Source: a virus. Taken from it: DNA of 64,000 nt. Below are positions 35,504-44,230 of the stretch, one piece after another (position 1 is the stretch's first letter; each line of letters starts with the position of its first letter). The stretch spans positions 64,001 to 128,000 of IMG/VR virus record IMGVR_UViG_3300045988_184160; one strand, written 5' to 3'. Both the position numbers and the translations under genes were made by a program. Below the pieces are notes generated by a model. That model had not been told where the DNA came from, did not search any database, and saw only the letters and a list, made by a program, of their open reading frames with translations.

Positions 35504-36900
35504 CCTCCCCACCCTTTGTGGGCGTGGGGAGGAAACCCGTCCTCACTAGTATGCCTCACCGCCCCATAATTGGTTTTTATGTTTGCGTACCCATATTCTT
35601 ATCCTATACACTGTCGTTTATGAAGACAAAGGAAACTATCGTCCTAGCACCAGGGACAGTGGGTGTGCGCACCTTGCGCCTGCCTTTGGTGCTTAGTGGT
35701 GAACAGTTTTCTGCTCTTGCTCCCGTGTTTGATTTATATAATCAAGTCTGGGGGAAAGTGGTCTTGTGGTGTAACCAGAATAAGTCCGTAAACCGGGTTC
35801 GACTCCAGAAAGAGCTGTACCACCCACTACGAGAAACCTACCCCGAGCTACCTTCACAGTACGTATCGATTCTGCTTCGTGAGGGTGCTGGTGCGGTCAA
35901 GTCCTGGAATAGCAATAACCCTAAACGTAAATGGGAACTCAAAGCTGTTCGGCGGAGAAAGACGCTTTCTCTTGATGCCCGCCTCTTTAGTGTGCGCGGT
36001 GCTCTCCTGACTGTCTCTACACGGGTCAAAAACCCGCGTCTACGCCTACTACTACCTGAGACCCCTACTTGGTTTACCCAACGCTACCCCCAGGGGAAAC
36101 TTAACGCCGCGAAACTAGGTATCACCAGAAGCGGTAAAGCCTACATCAACCTGATTTACCGTGTCCCACAACCCACCCAACCCCCTACCAGTGGGGAGAC
36201 ACTAGGGGTAGACCGTGGGCTATACAAAATCGCTGTCACCAGCAAAGGAGGTGAATACACCTCCAACCAAGTGCGAGCTGCACGCCGGAAATACCAACAC
36301 AACAGGGCTACACTCCAACAAAAAGGCACTCGTTCAGCTAAACGCCGTCTTAAGGCTATGAGCGGACGAGAAAAGCGGTTCATGTCGGATATAAACCACT
36401 GCGTTTCCAAACACCTCGTACACACCCCCAATATCGGACGCATTGTTTTAGAGGACCTGACAGGTATCCGCAGAAACAGGTGCAATAAAACCACCCGTAA
36501 ATGGTTAGGGCAATGGGCTTTCCACCAACTAGAGCACTACATTACCTACAAGGCGCACCAGCAGGGTATTGAAGTGGTCCTTGTTGATCCCGCCTACACG
36601 TCACAACGCTGCTCTGCCTGCGGATACACGGCTAAAAATAACCGGCGTAAAGGGACATTCGCGTGCCGCCAGTGTGGGTTCATTGCTAACGCTGACGTGA
36701 ACGCCGCTATAAACATTAGAGACAAATCTCTTCTCCCTACCACGTAGGTAGGGCAGGGTGCCCGTCATTCACCCGCATGGATAGACAGACGTTTTCTGTC
36801 ATGTCCAAACTGCAGCCCTGAGGGGGTGCAGTAATTGACAAAATAGTGTAAAGATTTCATGTGGACAGGGTTCCCGCTACTGTTATGATTGTAAAGTATC
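35504..36900 (+). mobile_element. second, unrelated TnpB-only IS200/IS605-family element (boundaries approximate)
   Basis: Hairpin cctccccac/gtggggagg at 35504-35532 just after the upstream stop. tnpB is followed by ~150-200 nt of structured non-coding DNA (for example ctgcagccc-tgag-ggggtgcag). There is no second copy in the window to define the ends. Confidence 0.4.
35620..36747 (+). CDS. tnpB: TnpB-like RNA-guided endonuclease (divergent from copy 1)
   Basis: ATG at 35620 (MKTKETIV...). RuvC residues sit in GVDRGLYKIA (D), IVLEDLTG (E) and NADVNAAINI (D). Zn finger CSACG...CRQCG. The upstream part of the track ORF lies over the left-end hairpin. Confidence 0.8.
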   Translation: MKTKETIVLAPGTVGVRTLRLPLVLSGEQFSALAPVFDLYNQVWGKVVLWCNQNKSVNRVRLQKELYHPLRETYPELPSQYVSILLREGAGAVKSWNSNNPKRKWELKAVRRRKTLSLDARLFSVRGALLTVSTRVKNPRLRLLLPETPTWFTQRYPQGKLNAAKLGITRSGKAYINLIYRVPQPTQPPTSGETLGVDRGLYKIAVTSKGGEYTSNQVRAARRKYQHNRATLQQKGTRSAKRRLKAMSGREKRFMSDINHCVSKHLVHTPNIGRIVLEDLTGIRRNRCNKTTRKWLGQWAFHQLEHYITYKAHQQGIEVVLVDPAYTSQRCSACGYTAKNNRRKGTFACRQCGFIANADVNAAINIRDKSLLPTT

Positions 36901-36955
36901 AGTCAAAGGTTAGCGGGGACCCCTTATTTTTTATGGGGTTCCATAGGGAGAGCAC

Positions 36956-39900
36956 GTGGGTATTAGGGAAATAATAAATACTCTCATCAGATGGGTGGCG
37001 CGTATTGTTGGCGCGCCCCTAAAATTGTTTAAAAAGCAGGATAAAAACAATAAGAGCGCAGTAGAGGAAACTGAGCTGACGAAGCCAAGAAAAGGTGAAA
37101 CCAGTAAAAAAGCGTGCCTATTCACCCTCGCCGCGTCCATTGCGGTCATCCCCACTTTGGCGAGCGCTAATATCGCTAACGCCGCCGAAAACCAGTCGCT
37201 AGAAACACAGACGAAATCAGTGATCCTAGCGGACGATAAAAAAGCTACTGGTAACGGTGTTAACGATAGTCACGACGGGAACAAATCAACCACCCAGGTC
37301 AACGACACGATCCGGGTGTTTATTCAGCTCGCAAAAAACAAGGATAAAAATAAGAAACTTGACCTCACCAAGCTAAGTAACGGTGACGCACGATTCATCG
37401 GTAAATACCTCTCCAACTTCTACGCACCTTACGGCACCCAGATAGCTAACGCTGACGGGCAGATGCCGAAAGAAGTTGAAGAGTCTATGATCAAAAACCT
37501 CACCGAAACTGTTGGTATCCAAGAAGCAGACGCTAAAACCCTCGTCACATGGGTGAAAGCGCAGCTCGTGCAAGGCTCAACCGAACTAGAATGGAAATTC
37601 AGTAAAGACGGCAACGCCACCAGCGGCTCCGGCATGCTTGAATCTCCCACAGTGAACGGTAAGAAAGCTGTGGGCGCTAATCCTTACGAGTTCATGAAAA
37701 TCGCATCCGGTGCGTATGGTGCGGGTAGCCTTTATCTGCCTTATGATATTGATGACACTGCCCAAGCATGGGATGGTGTAACAGGCGGCGGTAACTTCTC
37801 CAACAGCGGTGGTGAAGGCGCTAGAACTTACCGTTTCAACGATGCTGGCTGGAAATGTGTCCAAGATAAAACAGGGCTTTCAAAAGAAGACGCTAAAAAT
37901 AAATACATTGATCACGAAGGCCCCAATGATGCTGGTGCTCTTCACCAAGCAGCGTTTGAGGATAACAATCGTGGTGTTTTCCAGCACTATGGTGAAGAAC
38001 GTCGCACTGCGTGGAAAATAGCGTCATGCTCCGAATCGTATGCCGTGCTCTCAGGCGGTGAAGGAGACGATGCCTCTAAAGAAGTCATTCGTGTAGGGAA
38101 CTGGGGTGCATATGCTGGTTACGCTAAAGACCGTGTGAAATACTCGAAAGATGAGCTGAATTTCTACAAGAAAACCCTTGAAGAAAACGAAAATTACGCT
38201 TACCTGACTGACTCTAACGGGCATATCGCTTTCAAAATTGATACCACTGGTGAACAGACAACCGCGTCTGTATCAGCTCTGATGCTCGCCGCCCAGCTAT
38301 CGAATCCTGGGCAAGGCTATGGCAACTCTTTCTACGACCTTCTGAAAGAAGAGTACGAGAAGAACAAAGACAACCGCGAGTTCCTGTCGAAAGCTACGAT
38401 CCTTGACTCGAAACTCAAGATGTCACCTTTCGGCGACCTGCTTTACCAGTCAGGTAACACCACAACCGTGGTTATCCCAGCTATCCTAAACCCCTACGGT
38501 TTCGAAGCTAAAGACCACAAACCAGGTGACGTGCTACCTGCAGCCAACTCATTCGGGTTAGCGGGTACCGGATACAACGCTTTCAGTAGTGTACGTAACT
38601 CTGGCACCCCTCTCGCGCAGTGTGTCATGGGCTCAGGGCACATTAACGACCTTCGAGGGAAAATCTCAGGTCACTATGACGGTGGAGAACATGTATCCAG
38701 CTACCGTGCTGTCCTAGGTAAAGATGATGTTCCCTGGACTACTAGCTGGGGCGGCGCGAGTGACCCAATATCACAAGGCGCGATGGACGCTATGACTGAT
38801 TACGGTGGGTCAAAGCGTCTTTACGGGCAAGACTCCGGCGAAAAGGACGGTGCAGATAGGCATAACTACGCACACCGTATCCCCATCTCATGGAACAACC
38901 ACGACGACGGGCGCTGGGGTGCTAACAGCAATATCTTCCCTAACTTCTGGTTGGGTTGGCATACTCGTTCCCTGTTTGATACGTATAACCGTGAGACTAC
39001 TGACTGTAACGGCTCGGTGGTTGTTGCCGACCTCTACAAGCTTTATGAGGGTAAAGACCCTAAAGCTAACCTAGATGAGAAATCCACCTTCCAAGTGATG
39101 CATTCGCTGAAGGATGACGGGTCTATGGCTATTAAGCAGGTTCCAGATTTCAAGGAAGGCACCACATTTGGTATCCCCAAAGATGGTGGCGGTGCATACA
39201 ACCTGGAAGGGCGTGCTGGTCTGCTGGACTTCAACAAGGTCCTTGACAAGAACGCCGCTATGACCGTGTACCTCACCCTGCTCGTGCAGCAGCACGGTAA
39301 AGGCACCAGCCTCTACGACCAGCTGGGCATGGGGTCTGCTGACTCGAACCTGCCGCCCATTAAAGATGACGTGAAGTTTGATGGGCTGAGTGAGGAACAG
39401 AAGCAGCAGAACGCTAAGGAGCTTGAGAACCAGATTGATAACCAGCTCCGCTGGTACACTTACTACCTCTTGCACCCCACGAAAACCAAGTATAAGAGGG
39501 AGCTGGACAAGAACTCTGGTATCGCCACTGTCTCTGAGGCGCACGCCAACATGATTGGTGCTAATAACCAGGCTGGTACTACTAGTGCATCTAAGTTCAC
39601 TGGTTTCGTTGCTTATTCGGCTATCCCTACGACGGATGATATTAAGTGGACTTCTGGGTTGAAGGACATGTATTTCTCCCAGATCCACTGGGTGTTCGCT
39701 ATCATCCTGGTGGTGTGCCTCATCTACTGGATCGCGGGTTCTCTCACCTTGGGGCAGGCTATTGGGTCCCTCATCGTGTTGTGCTTCCTCTTTGGTACGG
39801 TCACGCACGTGCAGGATTGGGCTGCCGATAAGGCTAACGGTATCGTGAATAACATGTACTCGTCGAAGTTCTCTTACCTTGGGCTGGTGCAGGAAGAAGC

Positions 39901-42900
39901 GTATGCCGATAAGATTGACGAGGCTGCTAAGGGTGACTCGTACAACAACTACCTGCAGGCCCAGAATGAGGAGCTTCAAGCCCTAGAGATTGATGGGGAA
40001 AACAACCCTCACACTCGCGGCATCTCGAACGTGACCGTGAAAATACAGGCACCGAAGAAACTGCAGTCACTCGTTGTTGGTGGTGGCAAACAAGACCAGG
40101 AGCTACTGGACATTGCGGGTAACTCACAGTTCGGTGCCGTGGGTTTGAGCGCCTACACTAAATCCGTGTCTGGGCAGGGTTTCACAGAAAATCCTAACGA
40201 CACGTACCTGTACCGCTCATACGTTGACCTGTCAAACTTCGCCAAGTACACGTACCTCGGGGTCCGCCCAGGTTCGGAGCTTGTGAGCGGTGTTGAGGGG
40301 CATGCTGACACCAGCAAGTGGACTCCTTCTCTCCGAGACGCATGGAACAACAGGTCTCAGGCGTGGGACCAGGCTGTTGAGCTGGGGTATAACATCCCGA
40401 ACAAGTCTGGTGGCGTGAACAGCACTAAGGTTGTGCCTGCCCTGTCGTCCCGGATCGTGACGGACGCCTACGCCTCCAAGGAGAGCATGGGTAGCCTGTC
40501 ACTGGACCAGAACGTTGGTATTGACACCCGCAGGTTCAACTTCGGTATCGTGAACTACACGAAGCAGCACGACTTCCTGTCAGCTGTCCAGAAGCAGACT
40601 GAGGCTAACCAGACTAAGAAAACGAACATTAAGGGGCGCGATAAGACGGTGAACGCCGAGAACGCGGCACCGGACAAAGAGAAGGAAAATAAAGATAATA
40701 AGGACAAAAAGGACGACCAGAAAAAGCAAGAGGAACAGCAGCAACAGCAGCAGTCCTCTTCTGGTGGTGGCTCATCCAAACCTAACCCTGACGCGGCTAC
40801 CCTAGAAGGGTTCCAGCCAGACGGGGGCGGGAAATACACGAACCTTGACTACGCAACCCTCGGCGCTTTCGCAATGTACAGCGAATCCCCGTTCTACTAT
40901 TATTACTACAACCTAGCGGATCAGGGGCTCAACATTGACGGCGGCAGGGGCGGCTACAAAGACCTGCTTCTAGGTGAAAACAGCGGAGGTAACTACTTCT
41001 ACAACACCAAGGGCAACGGCGAAATGAGGGACTTCAACGACTCAAGGGAGCTCTTCACCTACGTCATCCCTTACCTGAGGCAGTCCAACAAGTCCGTGAA
41101 CGCTTTCAAGGAGCTCTACGGTCTTCACTACCATGAAGGTATCCCCACAACTGAGGGGCACTGGAATGATGAGGGTATCCGAGACGATGCTGTAGCACAG
41201 CAGAAGTACTGGGAGAACCTGCAGACCGCGCGCCTGTACGGTTTGTACACCCCGTGGGTTGACCTGATGGAAACGGGGCGTTACGCGAAAGAGACAACTA
41301 TTGATGTTCTCGGGCAGAAACACACTGTGAAAGACCCGTTGGACCCCGCATCCTACCCTGCTGAGCGTCCGATGGTGTTCAGCCGCTCCGAGCAGCTGGA
41401 TAACGGTCTCACCGACGACCAGCTGACCGAGGTGGAGAAGAAAATTCAGGAGGTGCAGCGGAACACTGCGGAGAAGATGCTGTCCCTCATGAACTACTAT
41501 TCGTTCCGGGATTCAACGGTTGATACCGCAGCTGCGCTACTCACCACCTTCGAGTTCAATAAAACATTCAGTGAGCGCCACTGGATGGATGAGTCACTGA
41601 ACCTTTACCCACAGTCAATGGACGCTAAGAATATCTCGTGGGACGGGTACCTGAGGCTTATCCTGCAGACCAGTGAAGACGGCGGCGGGTACGATATCGG
41701 TGCTGAGGATTTCTACGACCAGATCATCCGTGACCAGGGCGTTATTTTCGGTTGGGCTCTCGTGGCTGTGTCGGCGCTATCGGGTATCGGTGTGCCCTAC
41801 CTGCAGTGGCTCGTGTTCTTCCTGCTAGCGGTGCTGTCCATCTGCCGGCTGGTGATTATCTTGCTGAGGGCGTTACCGCCTCTTGAGGTTCTGAAAGAGT
41901 CGGGTAAGCATATTGGTGGACCAGCTATCATGATGGGGCTCGTGTTCTTGATAAAGAACTGGTTGATGTCTCTGATGATGTCCAGCGGTTCGACCCTCGT
42001 CACAGGCCCGCTCGGTAATGATGGTGCGCTTGTGGGTATGCCTGTGTGGGGTAAGATTGTCCTGCTTCTGGTGATTGACCTGCTGTCTGTGGGTATCCTG
42101 CTCAGGCTTGGGTTCAGGATCGTGGGGAACATTTTCGGTGATATTGTCACCCTGAAAGAGAACTTCAAGGGTGTTCTGCACGACATGAAAGTGAACCTTT
42201 CGAACGCGCGGGCAACCGGCTCGTTCACTGGCGCTATCAGTCATATAGCTGGGGTGCGGGCTGAGAGGCTTGAGGTTGCTAAGCAACGGTCTGTGCCGCC
42301 CCCACCGAACAGTGTTGAGGGGCAGATGCTCAGGTCTGCTTCACCGCTACGTCGTGGTGGTAAGAACACTGCGCGAACCACAACAGCCGGTGGTGGGGAT
42401 AGCGCGAACTATGCTGCTGAGGCTAGTAACCGTGAACGCCGGCGCGGTGTCACCGACTCAATCAAAGCAGCTATGGCGGCTGGTGCGACCGGTGCGGTGG
42501 CAGGCTACGGGGCTGGTAAGAAAGCAGTCCGTGTGGCTAAATCTGCGAAGAGGCTCACCATCGGTTCTGTGGACAAGTCCAAGCTGAACACCACCGAGAA
42601 ACCAGTAGCGCAGTCTAAGAGCGACCTGCAAGCAGCTGAAGAGCGGATCAGTAGCCTCGCCAGCGAGAAGAGGAAAGCGGAGAACGAGCTGCTGAAAGCA
42701 CAGCAGAACGCTAACCTGCGGGGCGCAACCACGGAAAACCAGCAGGCTATCCGTGCCGCGCAGCAGAAGGTTCACAACCTGAACACTGAGATCGGTGAAG
42801 CTAACTGGCGGATGAACACCATCAGGCGTAAAGTCGCTGAGGAAGAACGGCAAATCAACGCGGAACATAAACGTAAAGTTGGTGCCGAGAAGGGGCAGCA

Positions 42901-42988
42901 ACGTAAAGAGTCCCGTGCTGAGGAGCTGAAACGGGTCTGGCGGGGAATAGGGAAGAAATCTTCTAACGCCAAGAAGGACAACACCTAG
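36956..42988 (+). CDS. giant polytopic membrane protein, candidate T4SS channel/scaffold (VirB6/TcpH-like role)
   Basis: 2010 aa with a GTG start and a signal-like segment CLFTLAASIAVIPTLASANIANA. Two clusters of TM helices (around VFAIILVVCLIYWIAGSLTLGQAIGSLIVLCFLFGTV and VIFGWALVAVSAL...LVIDLLSVGILLRLGF). Lys/Asp-rich plus QQQQQQSSSGGGS linker, and a C-terminal basic coiled coil. It sits among T4SS genes. The family assignment is inferred from architecture only. Confidence 0.7.
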   Translation: MGIREIINTLIRWVARIVGAPLKLFKKQDKNNKSAVEETELTKPRKGETSKKACLFTLAASIAVIPTLASANIANAAENQSLETQTKSVILADDKKATGNGVNDSHDGNKSTTQVNDTIRVFIQLAKNKDKNKKLDLTKLSNGDARFIGKYLSNFYAPYGTQIANADGQMPKEVEESMIKNLTETVGIQEADAKTLVTWVKAQLVQGSTELEWKFSKDGNATSGSGMLESPTVNGKKAVGANPYEFMKIASGAYGAGSLYLPYDIDDTAQAWDGVTGGGNFSNSGGEGARTYRFNDAGWKCVQDKTGLSKEDAKNKYIDHEGPNDAGALHQAAFEDNNRGVFQHYGEERRTAWKIASCSESYAVLSGGEGDDASKEVIRVGNWGAYAGYAKDRVKYSKDELNFYKKTLEENENYAYLTDSNGHIAFKIDTTGEQTTASVSALMLAAQLSNPGQGYGNSFYDLLKEEYEKNKDNREFLSKATILDSKLKMSPFGDLLYQSGNTTTVVIPAILNPYGFEAKDHKPGDVLPAANSFGLAGTGYNAFSSVRNSGTPLAQCVMGSGHINDLRGKISGHYDGGEHVSSYRAVLGKDDVPWTTSWGGASDPISQGAMDAMTDYGGSKRLYGQDSGEKDGADRHNYAHRIPISWNNHDDGRWGANSNIFPNFWLGWHTRSLFDTYNRETTDCNGSVVVADLYKLYEGKDPKANLDEKSTFQVMHSLKDDGSMAIKQVPDFKEGTTFGIPKDGGGAYNLEGRAGLLDFNKVLDKNAAMTVYLTLLVQQHGKGTSLYDQLGMGSADSNLPPIKDDVKFDGLSEEQKQQNAKELENQIDNQLRWYTYYLLHPTKTKYKRELDKNSGIATVSEAHANMIGANNQAGTTSASKFTGFVAYSAIPTTDDIKWTSGLKDMYFSQIHWVFAIILVVCLIYWIAGSLTLGQAIGSLIVLCFLFGTVTHVQDWAADKANGIVNNMYSSKFSYLGLVQEEAYADKIDEAAKGDSYNNYLQAQNEELQALEIDGENNPHTRGISNVTVKIQAPKKLQSLVVGGGKQDQELLDIAGNSQFGAVGLSAYTKSVSGQGFTENPNDTYLYRSYVDLSNFAKYTYLGVRPGSELVSGVEGHADTSKWTPSLRDAWNNRSQAWDQAVELGYNIPNKSGGVNSTKVVPALSSRIVTDAYASKESMGSLSLDQNVGIDTRRFNFGIVNYTKQHDFLSAVQKQTEANQTKKTNIKGRDKTVNAENAAPDKEKENKDNKDKKDDQKKQEEQQQQQQSSSGGGSSKPNPDAATLEGFQPDGGGKYTNLDYATLGAFAMYSESPFYYYYYNLADQGLNIDGGRGGYKDLLLGENSGGNYFYNTKGNGEMRDFNDSRELFTYVIPYLRQSNKSVNAFKELYGLHYHEGIPTTEGHWNDEGIRDDAVAQQKYWENLQTARLYGLYTPWVDLMETGRYAKETTIDVLGQKHTVKDPLDPASYPAERPMVFSRSEQLDNGLTDDQLTEVEKKIQEVQRNTAEKMLSLMNYYSFRDSTVDTAAALLTTFEFNKTFSERHWMDESLNLYPQSMDAKNISWDGYLRLILQTSEDGGGYDIGAEDFYDQIIRDQGVIFGWALVAVSALSGIGVPYLQWLVFFLLAVLSICRLVIILLRALPPLEVLKESGKHIGGPAIMMGLVFLIKNWLMSLMMSSGSTLVTGPLGNDGALVGMPVWGKIVLLLVIDLLSVGILLRLGFRIVGNIFGDIVTLKENFKGVLHDMKVNLSNARATGSFTGAISHIAGVRAERLEVAKQRSVPPPPNSVEGQMLRSASPLRRGGKNTARTTTAGGGDSANYAAEASNRERRRGVTDSIKAAMAAGATGAVAGYGAGKKAVRVAKSAKRLTIGSVDKSKLNTTEKPVAQSKSDLQAAEERISSLASEKRKAENELLKAQQNANLRGATTENQQAIRAAQQKVHNLNTEIGEANWRMNTIRRKVAEEERQINAEHKRKVGAEKGQQRKESRAEELKRVWRGIGKKSSNAKKDNT

Positions 42989-43005
42989 CCCCACCCCTGT
43001 AAGGT

Positions 43006-43055
43006 ATTCGTCCCCCATTGGTTAATGTTTTTGGCTGGTGGGGGACGAATTATTT
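43006..43055 (+). terminator. rho-independent terminator
   Basis: attcgtccccca ... tgggggacgaat stem followed by tattt. Confidence 0.65.
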
Positions 43056-43111
43056 ACCTAGATAATCCTGATAAAATTTTTAGTGGATAAAAACTAAAAC
43101 AGAGAAAATGT

Positions 43112-44230
43112 ATGCAAAACCCTCACCTGATTCTATTGTTGATAGTGCTGCAGATATTGAACTGCGCGATCATTGTTATTGCCCTGCAAGCGGGGAAAGC
43201 TAAACTGACTGTCGGGTCCCTCGGGAACCGTGTAGCGACCCACGCAGTATCGAAAGGTATAGCCGCTGGAACTAGTGGCGCGGGTAAGTTCATTGACACT
43301 AAACTGGGCAGGAAAGCTATCTCATATGGTGTTGACAAGGGCGGTACCGCCACATTCCGGGTGTGGCAGTCTGCGGTTATTATCCTGACTGTGGGTCTAG
43401 TGGTGATTGAGGGTTTCCTTTACCACTCTCTACTGTCCAACAATAGAGCGAAAACAGTAGCGGGCGCGTACACGGCACTCTACTTGGGTAAGAATAAAGG
43501 CAACGAGCTGCAGAAAACACTATCAGGTGACGACGGGGACAAGAAAAAAGACGACCAGCAAGATAAGAAAGACGACAATGGAGGCGGGGCAGGTGGAACC
43601 GCACCAGTGAAAGGTGACACCAGCGTCCCAGAAGGCATAGATGAGGGCGACTGGAACAAAGCATCAGACCTGCAGAAGCAGATAGCTAAAACCGCTTACG
43701 TTGCCGCGACCATGAAATTCCCGAAAGCAGGTAACCCCAGTGACGCTAACCCCGCTGGCGGGTTGAGGTACGAGCAGGGCAACACCCCCATCGGTGTTTA
43801 TGACTGCTCCACCTTCGTGTCCGGTGTGCTTGAAGCAAACGGGCTCCGTAGCGACGGGGGGAAACGTGACGGTGAACCATACAATTTTGAGACCATGAAA
43901 AAAGCTGACCTCGTGAACTACGAGTTCACTGGTGCGGAGCTCACATCCTGGGAGCGCGGTAACGGTTTCACTGGCACTTTCAACGGTGACACATCCGGTA
44001 TGACACCGGGTGACATTATTGTGGACTCTGAGCACGTCGCAATATATGTTGGGAAAAACAAGGCAGGTAAAGGCGTTTTCGCGCACGCCTCAAGCCCAGG
44101 TAACCACTACATTTTTTGGGATGCGGACAGTAAAAACGCGACATATGATGTTGGGTTAAATGATGCCGCAGCTATGGCAACGTTCATGAGCGGAGCAAAA
44201 ATAATGCACCCCGATAAATATTACAATTGA
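43112..44230 (+). CDS. NlpC/P60-family peptidoglycan hydrolase with N-terminal TM helices (conjugation-associated)
   Basis: 372 aa with TM helices near the N-terminus. Catalytic Cys in GVYDCSTFVSGVL and His in GDIIVDSEHVAIYVG, with a further His in FAHASSPG. The last nucleotide of the final codon and the TGA stop lie inside the end of the adjacent IS. Confidence 0.85.
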   Translation: MQNPHLILLLIVLQILNCAIIVIALQAGKAKLTVGSLGNRVATHAVSKGIAAGTSGAGKFIDTKLGRKAISYGVDKGGTATFRVWQSAVIILTVGLVVIEGFLYHSLLSNNRAKTVAGAYTALYLGKNKGNELQKTLSGDDGDKKKDDQQDKKDDNGGGAGGTAPVKGDTSVPEGIDEGDWNKASDLQKQIAKTAYVAATMKFPKAGNPSDANPAGGLRYEQGNTPIGVYDCSTFVSGVLEANGLRSDGGKRDGEPYNFETMKKADLVNYEFTGAELTSWERGNGFTGTFNGDTSGMTPGDIIVDSEHVAIYVGKNKAGKGVFAHASSPGNHYIFWDADSKNATYDVGLNDAAAMATFMSGAKIMHPDKYYN

